From positions 1 to 59,567 of the IMG/VR virus record IMGVR_UViG_3300030059_001596: DNA of 59,567 bases; one strand, given 5' to 3'. Below, one piece after another: positions 46,088 through 55,934 of the stretch. Every line of letters begins with the position of its first letter. Position 1 is the stretch's first letter. The position numbers were made by a program, and so were the translations under genes. The notes under the pieces are model-generated. The model was given only the letters and a program-made list of their open reading frames with translations. It ran no database searches and was not told the DNA's origin. The stretch is from a virus (Duplodnaviria; Caudoviricetes).

Positions 46088-48330
46088 TTAACTATCTGAC
46101 TTGTTGCGCTGTTGTTATTATACCGTGCAAAGTTAACACTTATTTTCGTAGTTTGTTTAGAAGGTGTATATAAGTGTTTTTGGTTAGCCATAATAGCTAA
46201 CCCAGTGCTAATAGACGCATCAAACTTAGTACGGTTATTTATATCAAACTTTGCCCAGTCCTCTAAGGTCCGCCTAAAATACATAACCCCCATATCCTCA
46301 GCGTCTCTAAAGTCCCCGTTTAAATCTATACCTATATACTTTTCTATATATGATTCTATAGCAGAGGCATGGGATTGCTTTACGTCTTCCGAAGTGTTGG
46401 GTATACCTCCTAACTCCTTCTCGGTTTTTGAAAGTTTATTGTATATTTTATCTGGTCTATTCATCGAGAATCCTCTATATCCCCTGTTCTTTAAATGATA
46501 CAAAAGTCTTGGTTTATTGTTCTCACATAGTATAGGCATCCCGTAGAATACACAAGCCATTAGAACTTCTTCGAAAAATATCTCCGCCGTTTGAGGGCGG
46601 GCTATATACTCTAAGAAAAATTCATTCGCAGGGGCCTCATCCATATTAAACTTCGTAAGACCATGAAGAGAACCATTTGATCCTTTACCTACTACCACTC
46701 CAGATATATCATATGAGTCACACCCAAACGTTCCGAGGTGTTCGTTGCCAGGATACTTCCTTCCGTTTCTCACTTCTACTCTGTTCTGCATATGTGGAGG
46801 AGGAGTCCAGCTAACCAAAAACCTCCCCCTCTTGTCGGGCGACCATATGACTTTAGAATCCTTTATACCATCCTTCCATCTAAACGATCCTCGAGTAACG
46901 TGATGGTCCATTATAAGAGAGTCGTTATAATCTATTTGCTGATATATCTTTGTTAGGTTGAATAAGGATTGCTTACTCTCGTCTCTAAAGGCATGCGACT
47001 CCGTGCGGGGAAACTGTCTATAGAACTCATTCAAAGCGTCAGGATCCTGAGTCAAAGAGTCTACCTCATTCTTCCAGTAGTCTATAGCTCCCAGAGTTAT
47101 ATCTTCCCCATCGATTCCTATCACGGGCTTACCCGGAGTACTAAATACAGGCATTCCGAATATATCTATATACCCCTCGAAGTTCCACTCCATAGGAATA
47201 AACAAACAATACAGTCCACTCTTGGTCTGTCCGTTTGCGTTTCTTTTCGTCGGAAGAGAGTCCTCGTACAAAGCTTTAAAGTTTCTACCACCTTTATCTA
47301 AAGCGTTAGACGTAGAGCCCATCATACATTTCCCGATAACCTTACTCCCTAATCGAAGACATGTCTTAGTGACACGCCAGTTGTTTAGGATATTGTCTGG
47401 CTTCTCCCATTTTCCGCTCTCATCGTGTAGCAGAAGCTGTAGCTTCTCTCCGTCATAGCTATTGTCTCCAGTATTCTTCCAGTCTATCGTCGTGTCCAGT
47501 CCTTCCAGCTCCTCGTCCGCGAGGTGGTACATGTTTTTCTTTGTAATCTTCGAAGCAGGAACACGATAAGCCAGCTCTGTTTTAGGCTTATCCATTCCAT
47601 CCTGTATCGGACGAAAGAAGAATGGATAGTTGTTAGAGATAGGGACAACCTTATCGGTAAACATTTTTTTAGCATCTGATCCTGTCTTTGAAAGTATTCC
47701 TATCCTGGAGTCTTTAGTTATAGTAGCTTGATTTACACCTTCGCAAGAACTCATAAAGGAGAATCCTGAACGACGTATCTTAAGGTAGCACATCCCAAAG
47801 CTACGCTTATCTGCTTTGCACGCCTCCCAAAATATATAAAAGATCCTGTTAGCTTCACGAAAGTCGGGGTTACCTACGTCTATCTTGGTCCACTGCAGAT
47901 ACATATAGTGTGTGCCCGTTAGGTATACAGGAGAACCGTTATTCATAAACCAATGCCCCTGTTCCCTCCTGTCAAACTCTTGCTCGACATAGTCTACCCA
48001 CTCGGCTTTAAATGTGTCTGGCGTTTCGTGCCACTGGAAGATAGACTTAATCCTCTTTAGTTCTTTTGCAATAGGTGTTGCTTCCCAATATTGATCCTCT
48101 TTTTTACCCGACCTTTTAAATACATCCTTAGAAATTTTAGGGAGACCTATATATAAACCATTGATATAATATACCTCGCCTATAGTTCCGTCACGAGAAA
48201 TAATTATTACGTCATACTTGTCGTTATATCCGTATAGCCAAGTCCGAGCCTTGTTCTTAGAAGCAAGGACAGACTTAGGTATATGGCTATGCATAACCTT
48301 ATATAAACTATTTTGATCGTGACTCTGCAA
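46084..48330 (-). CDS. terL: Terminase large subunit
   Basis: KIRRSGFS (Walker A-like), LLLHDESGK (Walker B), MGST, GCDSYD nuclease motif. Confidence 0.9.
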   Translation of the reverse strand: MQSHDQNSLYKVMHSHIPKSVLASKNKARTWLYGYNDKYDVIIISRDGTIGEVYYINGLYIGLPKISKDVFKRSGKKEDQYWEATPIAKELKRIKSIFQWHETPDTFKAEWVDYVEQEFDRREQGHWFMNNGSPVYLTGTHYMYLQWTKIDVGNPDFREANRIFYIFWEACKADKRSFGMCYLKIRRSGFSFMSSCEGVNQATITKDSRIGILSKTGSDAKKMFTDKVVPISNNYPFFFRPIQDGMDKPKTELAYRVPASKITKKNMYHLADEELEGLDTTIDWKNTGDNSYDGEKLQLLLHDESGKWEKPDNILNNWRVTKTCLRLGSKVIGKCMMGSTSNALDKGGRNFKALYEDSLPTKRNANGQTKSGLYCLFIPMEWNFEGYIDIFGMPVFSTPGKPVIGIDGEDITLGAIDYWKNEVDSLTQDPDALNEFYRQFPRTESHAFRDESKQSLFNLTKIYQQIDYNDSLIMDHHVTRGSFRWKDGIKDSKVIWSPDKRGRFLVSWTPPPHMQNRVEVRNGRKYPGNEHLGTFGCDSYDISGVVVGKGSNGSLHGLTKFNMDEAPANEFFLEYIARPQTAEIFFEEVLMACVFYGMPILCENNKPRLLYHLKNRGYRGFSMNRPDKIYNKLSKTEKELGGIPNTSEDVKQSHASAIESYIEKYIGIDLNGDFRDAEDMGVMYFRRTLEDWAKFDINNRTKFDASISTGLAIMANQKHLYTPSKQTTKISVNFARYNNNSATSQIVK

Positions 48331-48586
48331 ATCCTTTCGGTGTATTGTTTTTCTTTTCTACGACAGTTCCATCCAATATAGCTCGTTCCTCTTCAATACG
48401 TTTAAGTATCTCAAAGGCGTCAAATATAGCGAGCTTCTTAGTTGCAGCGGCATTCTTTAACCTATCCGCAGCCAACTCATCCTCGGTATCATACTTTATA
48501 ATATCTTCCTTCGCTACCTTAACTAACTGTTTAACAGCTTGTTCTCCAGCCAAGATGATGCTTAGCTTAAGTTCCTTGATGTCCAT
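48308..48586 (-). CDS. Putative terminase small subunit
   Basis: 92-aa helical protein immediately upstream of terL; call is positional. Confidence 0.5.
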   Translation of the reverse strand: MDIKELKLSIILAGEQAVKQLVKVAKEDIIKYDTEDELAADRLKNAAATKKLAIFDAFEILKRIEEERAILDGTVVEKKNNTPKGFAESRSK

Positions 48587-48770
48587 CTTGCTCAGCTTTT
48601 TCTTTTAATAAAGCCAAAGCCTCGTCATACCCTGGCATAAGTTTTAACAACTCTAAGGTGCCTATAGCTAACTCTCGTGTTTGTTTCTCCTCCAGAATTA
48701 ACTTCTTTAAATTCTCCGTTACGTCTTCACTCCTACTTTTTAGTAGAGATATATTTTTCTGTACTCCCAT
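48567..48770 (-). CDS. Hypothetical coiled-coil protein
   Basis: 67 aa. Confidence 0.6.
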   Translation of the reverse strand: MGVQKNISLLKSRSEDVTENLKKLILEEKQTRELAIGTLELLKLMPGYDEALALLKEKAEQDGHQGT

Positions 48771-48773
48771 GAT

Positions 48774-49349
48774 TTAATTTTTATATTTATAAAACATTAC
48801 ATATACTTGTCTACCTTCTTTCCAGGAGGTGTTTGGATATTTACTATGGAAATAACTGGACGGGTATGAAACCATTCGGTTTTGCTCATACCCCACCACG
48901 GAACTTAACCTCCACATATCTAAGAGCTCTGAGTCCACTTTTATCATCTGGTCATACTCTGCGTCCGTTATATCTTTTGGGAGCTCTCTACCGTACCTAT
49001 GGTGCTCCCAGAGCGCCGTGCCGTGTAGCTCCTCCCTTTCACGAGGAGACATGTATAGAACTAAAGCCCTATCTGGGCGCTGTCCGTTTATATTTAAGTC
49101 AGAATGAATACGCCATGTGACGTCTAACTCATCTGTAGATTGCCTAAAGAAAGACAAGATGCTTTCCATCTCCCTTCCTTCATTCTCCTCCAGCTTGTTT
49201 AAGATATATTTAGTAAAGCTTTCTGGAGATTCTTTTATATAAAAGTCTTTCCCCCCTGACTCTACCTTCTCAAACTCCCCCTCGTTTAAATAGTCCGTAG
49301 CGAGATTAAAAAGATCTTGATCAATAATGTCGTCAACTATATATATCAT
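48774..49349 (-). CDS. 2OG-Fe(II) oxygenase-like protein
   Basis: HxD (RIHSD), ALVLYMS...GTALW, NRMVSYPSSYFHS, conserved R (GRQV). Confidence 0.75.
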   Translation of the reverse strand: MIYIVDDIIDQDLFNLATDYLNEGEFEKVESGGKDFYIKESPESFTKYILNKLEENEGREMESILSFFRQSTDELDVTWRIHSDLNINGQRPDRALVLYMSPREREELHGTALWEHHRYGRELPKDITDAEYDQMIKVDSELLDMWRLSSVVGYEQNRMVSYPSSYFHSKYPNTSWKEGRQVYVMFYKYKN

Positions 49350-49906
49350 AATATCATCGTGATGTTATTGGTAAACATACGATACAGTTTCTCACCATCC
49401 ACCGTAAATGGGTACTCACTTTCAGGTTCGAAAGAAACTTCATCCCCTTCCTTCACTCCTAAAGCCTCGAGCTCATCGTTGATATACTTTACTATTCCTA
49501 CTAAAGGCTCCTCTCCACGTTTGTATACCAATGACTCCCTGGCTTTTACGGGTTCTATGAAACAATACTTCCCGTATGCCCTCCATTTATCTTTTGATTT
49601 ATAAAGGAAGAACTGGTCTGGATCGATAAGGAATAGGTCGTCTTTGAAGAAGCTTTTCCCACTCTTCTCTCTACCCCTCATATCGTAGTAGTACTTGAAT
49701 ACGTTGTGGTGAACGAGAAGGGTGTCACCCTTCTTTATAGGTCCGCAGTAGTTGATGGGGGTTTCCTCTACTACCGCAAAGCGGTTAGAAGAAACGTGAT
49801 CCTCTTTAGATACGCTGGTGACTAAATCAATGCCACCTACTTTTTTAATATTATCGTATCTCCTCTCGTTATATGCTTTTACAAGAAAGCTAAAGGGAGA
49901 CTTCAT
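49346..49906 (-). CDS. Protein with two GroES-like repeats
   Basis: AVVEETP...IKKGDTLLVHH and YCFIEPV...GIVKY...GVKEGDEVSF...YPFTVDGEKLYRM. Confidence 0.6.
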   Translation of the reverse strand: MKSPFSFLVKAYNERRYDNIKKVGGIDLVTSVSKEDHVSSNRFAVVEETPINYCGPIKKGDTLLVHHNVFKYYYDMRGREKSGKSFFKDDLFLIDPDQFFLYKSKDKWRAYGKYCFIEPVKARESLVYKRGEEPLVGIVKYINDELEALGVKEGDEVSFEPESEYPFTVDGEKLYRMFTNNITMIL

Positions 49907-50124
49907 TAGAAGTTTATATTAAACTCCAAAGAAATAGGAAGCGTTTTTCGAAACTCTTTCCAGAGATAGACCTCCTCGGCCTTCTGGATCCAGATCCTAT
50001 ACGCTTCGTCGTTGTCTTGTATAAGATGTATCTTATGGCTTCCACCCAAGACATCCTGACCTACTATGTAATGCATCGCGCCAGACTTATAGTCTGCGCC
50101 GATTGATATTTTTCTAATGTCCAT
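49906..50124 (-). CDS. Hypothetical phage protein
   Basis: 72 aa; IRKISIGADYK..AMHY.VGQ. Confidence 0.75.
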   Translation of the reverse strand: MDIRKISIGADYKSGAMHYIVGQDVLGGSHKIHLIQDNDEAYRIWIQKAEEVYLWKEFRKTLPISLEFNINF

Positions 50125-50142
50125 TTCATTTAATTTAAAGTT

Positions 50143-52035
50143 TTAAGCTACCATCTCATATCTTACCGTAAGGTTTAATAGGAAGTCGTTTGCAACTAAT
50201 GTGGCATCTTGTCTTACCGTTATAAAAAAAGCTTCGCCTAACTGTAATTTTTGTGATGCCGTTCCCGTAAAAGTAAGGCTGCCGCACGCAAGGGTACCCG
50301 CTACTGAGACTACAGCAGCAGTTCCAGCAAGAGAGTATGTACCCGTTGTGCACACAGATGTTTTCCAGAACTCTAAGGTCCAAGTATGCCCCGCCAGCTC
50401 TGGAAGATATTGAAAGTAAACATCGCAACACTTCATAGCCGGAGTAGCGGTTAAACATCCACTGTTTACAGGGTTAAATAAAAAACAACCCGCCACATGT
50501 TTCCCATCAGTCATCGATCCACCTATAGCTGTTGGAGATGAAGCTCCCAAATCCGTTGAGAATGTTGTTCTGTCGTTCGTTGAGGGGACGTCATTAAGAG
50601 CTAAGGTCATATAGTGGTTAGCTGTAACAGCTGTCTTAGCCTGAGTAAACATAAAAGTCTGCAACCCTCCGAAGCCTGAAGACCCTCCAGCGGCGACCCA
50701 GGTGCCGTCCGCTCTTAAGAAATCTGTAGCACCTGTAGCCCCGGAAGCATCCGGAACGTGCCCCACTCTGTTCCCGCCTCCAAAAGCATTAGACTGAACC
50801 TGAACCGCTCCTGTAGTAGGCGTAACTTTTAAAGCGTCTGTTGGCCCTGAAGACGCTGCTGAAGCGAGCACACTCACGGAGCTTACCGCTCCCGTAGGGG
50901 TTGCCCACGTTCCGTCTCCACGCAAGAAGGTAGAAGCCGTTCCTAAATCTGGAACACATCCGATATTAGACCCTCCACTATATATGTTTTGTCTTATTTG
51001 TACAGCGCCTGTGTTAGGAGATATTGTTATTGGAGTAGCTGGAGAAGAAGCGACTACGGGAGTAGAAGCATTAACACTCGACACCCCAATCGTTGAAAGG
51101 TCTGCCCACGATATCCCTGTAGCGGTAGAGGTAAGGACTTGTCCTGAAGTACCTGTACCTACTCCATCGCTAAGGCTTCCTGTAAGATTGACCCCTGCTA
51201 AGCCCGTTGTAGCTCCATTGGCGCTAAATGTATTGTTCCCGCTAAACACATTTGTTCCTTCCGACTGTATAGAAGAGTCCACAGAAAAAGTAGTATTAGA
51301 TACCCCACTAAAAGACATTCCTATTGCTGTAGCTGTATTACCCGCAGTAAGGACCTCCTGTAATGTAGGCATAGAAGCTGTTGGGATTCCTGTAGACCAC
51401 TCTATGCCCGTTCCTGCAGCGTTAACCGTAAGTATTTGTCCCGCTGATCCTGAAGCGCTGTTGTAATCGTTAATAACAGCTGTAGCTCCGAAGTTTAAAA
51501 CCGAGGTCCCTCCAGAAAGGTTTATGTTTCCTGACGTTGTAATGTCGCTGTCTACAGCTAAAGTAATATCAGACGTTCCTGTAAAAGCAAGAGAGGTCCC
51601 GGCCCCTGACATAGAGATATTTCCGGTGCTATTAATATCGCCCCCGTTCATTACGATATTATCCGTCGTAGTATTGCCCGCAGTCGTCACCTCTTGAAGA
51701 GTGTTGCTTGCAATTACTGAGGTGTCTACCCATTCAATGCCCGTTCCTGTAGAGCTTAAGACTTGGCCTGCCGTACCCGTAGAAGCCGAAGCAGTAATAG
51801 TAGTGGGCTCCACTGTGCCAGCCACTGTTATATTACCCGTAAGGTTTATATTTTGTGTGGCTACATTACCCGTATCTAAAACAGATTGAAGACCCTGAAT
51901 ACCACCCGCAGCAGTAAGCGTACTGATACTAAACGATACCGTTCTATTATCGTCGCTTGTATCTGTTCCAATAATAAAGTCATCCGCCGAGGGAGCCGTT
52001 AAGGGATATACGGTAGTGTTTTCAATCTTAGCCAT
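50143..52035 (-). CDS. Tail fibre-like protein
   Basis: G/T/S-rich; repeats LQ.V...GN (x3), GQ(V/I)L....G(I).W (x3), FLR.DGTW (x2). Confidence 0.75.
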   Translation of the reverse strand: MAKIENTTVYPLTAPSADDFIIGTDTSDDNRTVSFSISTLTAAGGIQGLQSVLDTGNVATQNINLTGNITVAGTVEPTTITASASTGTAGQVLSSTGTGIEWVDTSVIASNTLQEVTTAGNTTTDNIVMNGGDINSTGNISMSGAGTSLAFTGTSDITLAVDSDITTSGNINLSGGTSVLNFGATAVINDYNSASGSAGQILTVNAAGTGIEWSTGIPTASMPTLQEVLTAGNTATAIGMSFSGVSNTTFSVDSSIQSEGTNVFSGNNTFSANGATTGLAGVNLTGSLSDGVGTGTSGQVLTSTATGISWADLSTIGVSSVNASTPVVASSPATPITISPNTGAVQIRQNIYSGGSNIGCVPDLGTASTFLRGDGTWATPTGAVSSVSVLASAASSGPTDALKVTPTTGAVQVQSNAFGGGNRVGHVPDASGATGATDFLRADGTWVAAGGSSGFGGLQTFMFTQAKTAVTANHYMTLALNDVPSTNDRTTFSTDLGASSPTAIGGSMTDGKHVAGCFLFNPVNSGCLTATPAMKCCDVYFQYLPELAGHTWTLEFWKTSVCTTGTYSLAGTAAVVSVAGTLACGSLTFTGTASQKLQLGEAFFITVRQDATLVANDFLLNLTVRYEMVA

Positions 52036-52261
52036 TTTCTTTATCTTTAACTTCTCCTGTTTCTAAATTTATAACAGCGTTCTCTCCATATGTTTCCATC
52101 AACCCTTTCTCGGCTTTTTGAAACTGGAGTTTAATTTCTTGTACTCTTAGAACCAATCCATGTTCTTGCAGAGTAACATCCCCTAACTGAGTTTTAATTT
52201 TATTAAACTCCGCATTAAGGTCTTGCAACTGCTTTAACTCTTCGTCTTTTACTTTTTTCAT
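52028..52261 (-). CDS. Small coiled-coil protein (possible fibre chaperone)
   Basis: 77 aa ending YG....INLETGE; TATCTTTG at 52289-52296. Confidence 0.6.
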   Translation of the reverse strand: MKKVKDEELKQLQDLNAEFNKIKTQLGDVTLQEHGLVLRVQEIKLQFQKAEKGLMETYGENAVINLETGEVKDKENG

Positions 52262-52307
52262 ATTAATAGATTTAATTTATTGTTAAGGCAAAGATAAGAA
52301 AATAACT

Positions 52308-52715
52308 TTACTTATTATCCTTACTGCTGCCCCCAAAAAAAAAGTCTACTATAGTATTTACTTTTGCGGACATAGCTCCGAATATAGTTGAGATAAATCC
52401 TATCTCATATTCCGAAAGAACTACGTCATGTAAAACAAAATACTTAAACATAACATATGACAAAACAAAGTATGCAGCCGTAAAAATAGTCGCAAGAATT
52501 TTTTGAATAAGACTGTCATCTTTATAAAGGGACCGGGCGTCTTTACGATCCTCCACCTCTTTATTAAAAGCCTCCCGCTCCGCTTCCAGTAATATTTTTT
52601 TTAACTCTAATTTAATCTGCTCCTTCTCCTCTTTAGTCGTGATAACCTCGTCGAGGATACCTTCAGCATTCTCTACGATCTTTCCAAACAACCCTCCTAA
52701 AAAATTAGGCATCAT
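52308..52715 (-). CDS. Holin-like membrane protein
   Basis: Amphipathic N-terminus, DRKDAR, two TM segments, FFFGGS; adjacent to the lysin candidate. Confidence 0.7.
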   Translation of the reverse strand: MMPNFLGGLFGKIVENAEGILDEVITTKEEKEQIKLELKKILLEAEREAFNKEVEDRKDARSLYKDDSLIQKILATIFTAAYFVLSYVMFKYFVLHDVVLSEYEIGFISTIFGAMSAKVNTIVDFFFGGSSKDNK

Positions 52716-53175
52716 AGTCAGTGTATTTAATAGTAACCTCCTCCCCTCTTTCTAAAGCTTCAGCTATATCAGGATACACCCTCATATACGCAAGAGTAGA
52801 CCTACCTATAAAACCGTCTTTTTTTACAAGGTTGTTTTCCTGCGTATCGCCCAAGAGAAGACATCCAGCAGTATCTTCGTCAGTATTACCGCAATGAATA
52901 AGAATATATTTAAAATTAGGTACATCCAATACGTGAAGCATCCCCATATGAATGTCAGCGAACCTCTTAGAATACCTGGCGTCAAGGCCGCCCACAGTTC
53001 TAAGACCGAGGCAATACTCGCCGGAAGGTATACAAGTCTCTCCCCAAACTTTTTCTTTTCTGCTTTCATCTTCGAGCGTGTAGCATAGAAATTTTCTTTT
53101 ATTGTTAGATATATCAAATAGAAGGCCAGAAGTAGAATCCGACTGGGAACTAAAACGTAGTACCTCTAATTTCAT
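52705..53175 (-). CDS. DUF5675-type protein, candidate endolysin/peptidase
   Basis: CYTLED, ETCIPSGEY, ILIHCGN...DTAGCLLLG; flanked by holin-like genes. Confidence 0.75.
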   Translation of the reverse strand: MKLEVLRFSSQSDSTSGLLFDISNNKRKFLCYTLEDESRKEKVWGETCIPSGEYCLGLRTVGGLDARYSKRFADIHMGMLHVLDVPNFKYILIHCGNTDEDTAGCLLLGDTQENNLVKKDGFIGRSTLAYMRVYPDIAEALERGEEVTIKYTDYDA

Positions 53176-53333
53176 TACACCTTTTTAAGTTTATATATTC
53201 TATATAACGTATACCCTATAGCCAACAACATAGAGACAAGTTGCAGGATCTCATTACATTGAGTTAAGCTAATTCCCAAAGCGCCGCCATTGGCGCCTAT
53301 AACCGTTAATGTATCTTTAATTTCTGTTGGCAT
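53175..53333 (-). CDS. Small holin-like peptide
   Basis: MPTEIKDTLTVIGANGGALGISL...LQLVSMLLAIGYTLYRIYKLKKV; start probably 53333. Confidence 0.6.
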   Translation of the reverse strand: MPTEIKDTLTVIGANGGALGISLTQCNEILQLVSMLLAIGYTLYRIYKLKKV

Positions 53334-53414
53334 TATTCCTGTATGTATATATATATAAACTCCCCGCTCCAAGTTGCATTCGTTTTCCAGTGCTTCATAG
53401 TCATAAAGATAAGG

Positions 53415-53678
53415 TTAACGTCGCGGAACTGGACCGCGAGATATGTATTCGTCTCCCGGAGTTCTAACTTTAGTTCGCATCTCGCCGAGAGTCTTTATTG
53501 TAAGGCCACGAATACGCGAGATACTCGAAGGCGTTCGGCCCACCCACTTAACTAAACATGCATTGCTGGTATCATCCCATCGGGCGGAGTCCCAGTCCGT
53601 AGTTATAAACTGAGTAAAGTCTATAGTTCTTGCTTGAGCAAGAGTTAAGGACGCGTATTTTCTATCTGCTATAGCCAT
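53415..53678 (-). CDS. Hypothetical protein following LamG gene
   Basis: 87 aa; IDFTQ...LVKWVG.TPS. Confidence 0.65.
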   Translation of the reverse strand: MAIADRKYASLTLAQARTIDFTQFITTDWDSARWDDTSNACLVKWVGRTPSSISRIRGLTIKTLGEMRTKVRTPGDEYISRGPVPRR

Positions 53679-54823
53679 TATGTCGGTACGTCGGTTGAAA
53701 GATTTGAGCTATCCATATTTTGCCACGTAATATAATTTGATGCGTCAAGTATATTATAAGAAATTGCGTTCCACCCAGCGTCACCAGTCATACTGTACCA
53801 GGTAACTACGTTTGCCGTGGACACTTGTGTGCAAATTATATCTGTTATAGACATGTCTACACTACCAACTTTGTTAAAAATAAGATCAGCTGATGTGGCA
53901 GTAAAGGTCATAGTATAAGTTCCTACAGTGTTAGTTAGCGAAGTCCCGCCACTGAAACTAAGAGTCATAGAGGCTCCTGCGGTAGCGGCAGTTACAGTAT
54001 ATGTTACGGTAGTAGCCGCTCCAATCTCCAGCACTCCATTCTGTCTAAAGAAGCAAGTACCCGTTCCTGAAGGAGATTCCATTCTCACTGAGGTAGGCCC
54101 AAAAGTTATAACGTTTGCTCCCGAAACCCCGAAAACCCAATAAAGATCAGAAGGTGTAGCTGCAAAGTTTCCATTTTGGATATGGTTGTTATCAAAGGGA
54201 AGGGCGTTTAAACAATCTTGTGCCCCCGACATATTGGTGTATATAGCCTGGACTTCGGATGGTAATAACGCATCATCCCATATAGAGAACTCAGTAACAA
54301 GCCCTTCGAAATAACCGCCGCCGGATTGAGCAAGGAAAAAAGAAGTGGCAGAAACAGGGAAGCCCCTTGTTATAGCGCTAAAGTCTGTCGTGGTTGTATT
54401 TACTGCGTTGATATACCACTTCCAGTCGCCTGAACGATCTGCAGTTAAAGCGATATGAGTCCATGTATCGTTAGGAATAGTTGTTATGTTAGGAAAAATT
54501 AAGTCCGTAACAGTGGCATCCGTAGAAGAAGCCGTGAGTACCCCAGATGCATCAAATTCAATATTAAGAGGGGCGATCACGTTATCGCCTGACTCCCAGA
54601 TAGACATCCCTACTCCGCCTCCCGTTATATCTGGAACTTTTATCCAGAAAGAGATACTAAAGTCTAAACCGCTTAACCCGAGTGCTCCGGTAATTAAACC
54701 GTAGTCAGAAACTCCATCTAACTCTAAAGAATTAGAAGTAGGGCAATCAGCTACTGGAGCAGCGGGAACACGGAAGTTTTGGAAAACCTCCCCAGCAATT
54801 CCCATTCCTATCCCGGTTGGCAT
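53678..54823 (-). CDS. LamG/concanavalin A-like lectin domain virion protein
   Basis: SLELDGVSDY, FSISFWIK, WTHIALT, WYIN, FEGLVTEFSIWDDAL...EV.AIY. Confidence 0.8.
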   Translation of the reverse strand: MPTGIGMGIAGEVFQNFRVPAAPVADCPTSNSLELDGVSDYGLITGALGLSGLDFSISFWIKVPDITGGGVGMSIWESGDNVIAPLNIEFDASGVLTASSTDATVTDLIFPNITTIPNDTWTHIALTADRSGDWKWYINAVNTTTTDFSAITRGFPVSATSFFLAQSGGGYFEGLVTEFSIWDDALLPSEVQAIYTNMSGAQDCLNALPFDNNHIQNGNFAATPSDLYWVFGVSGANVITFGPTSVRMESPSGTGTCFFRQNGVLEIGAATTVTYTVTAATAGASMTLSFSGGTSLTNTVGTYTMTFTATSADLIFNKVGSVDMSITDIICTQVSTANVVTWYSMTGDAGWNAISYNILDASNYITWQNMDSSNLSTDVPT

Positions 54824-55309
54824 TTAAAATAAAGCTATAATATCCGTGGCAGTAGTCGAAGCACCAACCTTAGTAACTAAGACAGGTAAGAAAGCACTGT
54901 TAGGGATGTTTTTAAATGTAAGTGTTGGAGTACCTGAAGAGTCTCTTTGACTCGCCATCTGTACCACAAGGTCTCCTGTTGTTCCGACATACAGAGTAGC
55001 TGCCTTAGTAGCTGCGTTATATATGGTGTAATTTTCTGCGGCAGCAAATATATTTGCGCTGAGAGAAAGTGTAGTAGCACTATCTACACCTGTAACAAAA
55101 GCACTTGTGCTATCTGTTGTGTTGTATACGATAGCGTTTAGTTGAATCCCCATAGCGGTAAAATCTACGCCCGTGTTCACCAGTTTATTTGCAACAGCGG
55201 TACCTACAGTGGTTCCACTCGTAGCCAGTGTGGCTGGATCTGGGATAGGGACAGTGTTACTCGGTATAACTGCTAACCCCTCACTGACTTGTAATCTTTG
55301 ATATGCCAT
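54824..55309 (-). CDS. Small virion protein with inserted domain
   Basis: AVIPSNT...LYVGTTGDL.V...TFKNIP...FLPV.V.KV...TTATDIIALF, interrupted by a ~65-aa insert. Confidence 0.7.
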   Translation of the reverse strand: MAYQRLQVSEGLAVIPSNTVPIPDPATLATSGTTVGTAVANKLVNTGVDFTAMGIQLNAIVYNTTDSTSAFVTGVDSATTLSLSANIFAAAENYTIYNAATKAATLYVGTTGDLVVQMASQRDSSGTPTLTFKNIPNSAFLPVLVTKVGASTTATDIIALF

Positions 55310-55321
55310 TTTGTTTTATTA

Positions 55322-55921
55322 TTAAAAAGTAACTAAAGGAGCTCTCACCCATGTGTTTGCAGCAGTACAAAGATACACATATGCATCTGAACCATCTAAC
55401 GCCCAACGTATCTCACCTAAAGTACCTGTATCTGAAGCGCTTGACGGTTTTACATTCAAGGCAGCTAAGTCCATTTGTCCCGTTACTTTTATACCCTTTG
55501 CGGTAGTAGTTAGTCTTTCAACCCCTGCATCAGAGTATAAAGTTATTGAGGTGGCATCAGAAGAAAGTTTTAAATCCCCCGATATTTTCAGCTCAAAAGT
55601 TGATGATGTGGGGAACCCCATAGAGGTAGTAGTGTCGGTAGAGTTTAAAACCAGAGATGGGATTTCTAAGTTATTTGATGCGTCTACAGAAAAAGGAGAA
55701 TCCCCAATAGCTTCTGCTGCTGTGAAGACAGGTAAAAAATCTAATGTTCCAGAACCCGTAATAGTTCCAGCCCCCGATGGGACGGTGTTTATGATATCCT
55801 GCATAGTATAAGCCTCCCTTAAAGAGTTGGCTTGAAGGGACCCTTTGTTAGTTGTGCTCGGTCCTCCTGTAGCGGGGCTTTCTGTAGTGTGGAATTTTTG
55901 TCCTAATGGTATAGTTGCCAT
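55322..55921 (-). CDS. Short fibre/spike-like protein, paralog 2
   Basis: Shares MATIPLGQ.F...NKGSLQANSLREA.TMQDIINTVPSG and a GEIR(W/Y)..Y.(Y/F)L....N.W.R C-terminus with the next gene. Confidence 0.7.
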   Translation of the reverse strand: MATIPLGQKFHTTESPATGGPSTTNKGSLQANSLREAYTMQDIINTVPSGAGTITGSGTLDFLPVFTAAEAIGDSPFSVDASNNLEIPSLVLNSTDTTTSMGFPTSSTFELKISGDLKLSSDATSITLYSDAGVERLTTTAKGIKVTGQMDLAALNVKPSSASDTGTLGEIRWALDGSDAYVYLCTAANTWVRAPLVTF

Positions 55922-55934
55922 AATTTTTATTTTT

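Noticed and set aside
17660-55811. Many + strand ORFs nested in the late module
   Set aside because: They lie antisense to long motif-bearing genes and show no independent motifs or expression signals.
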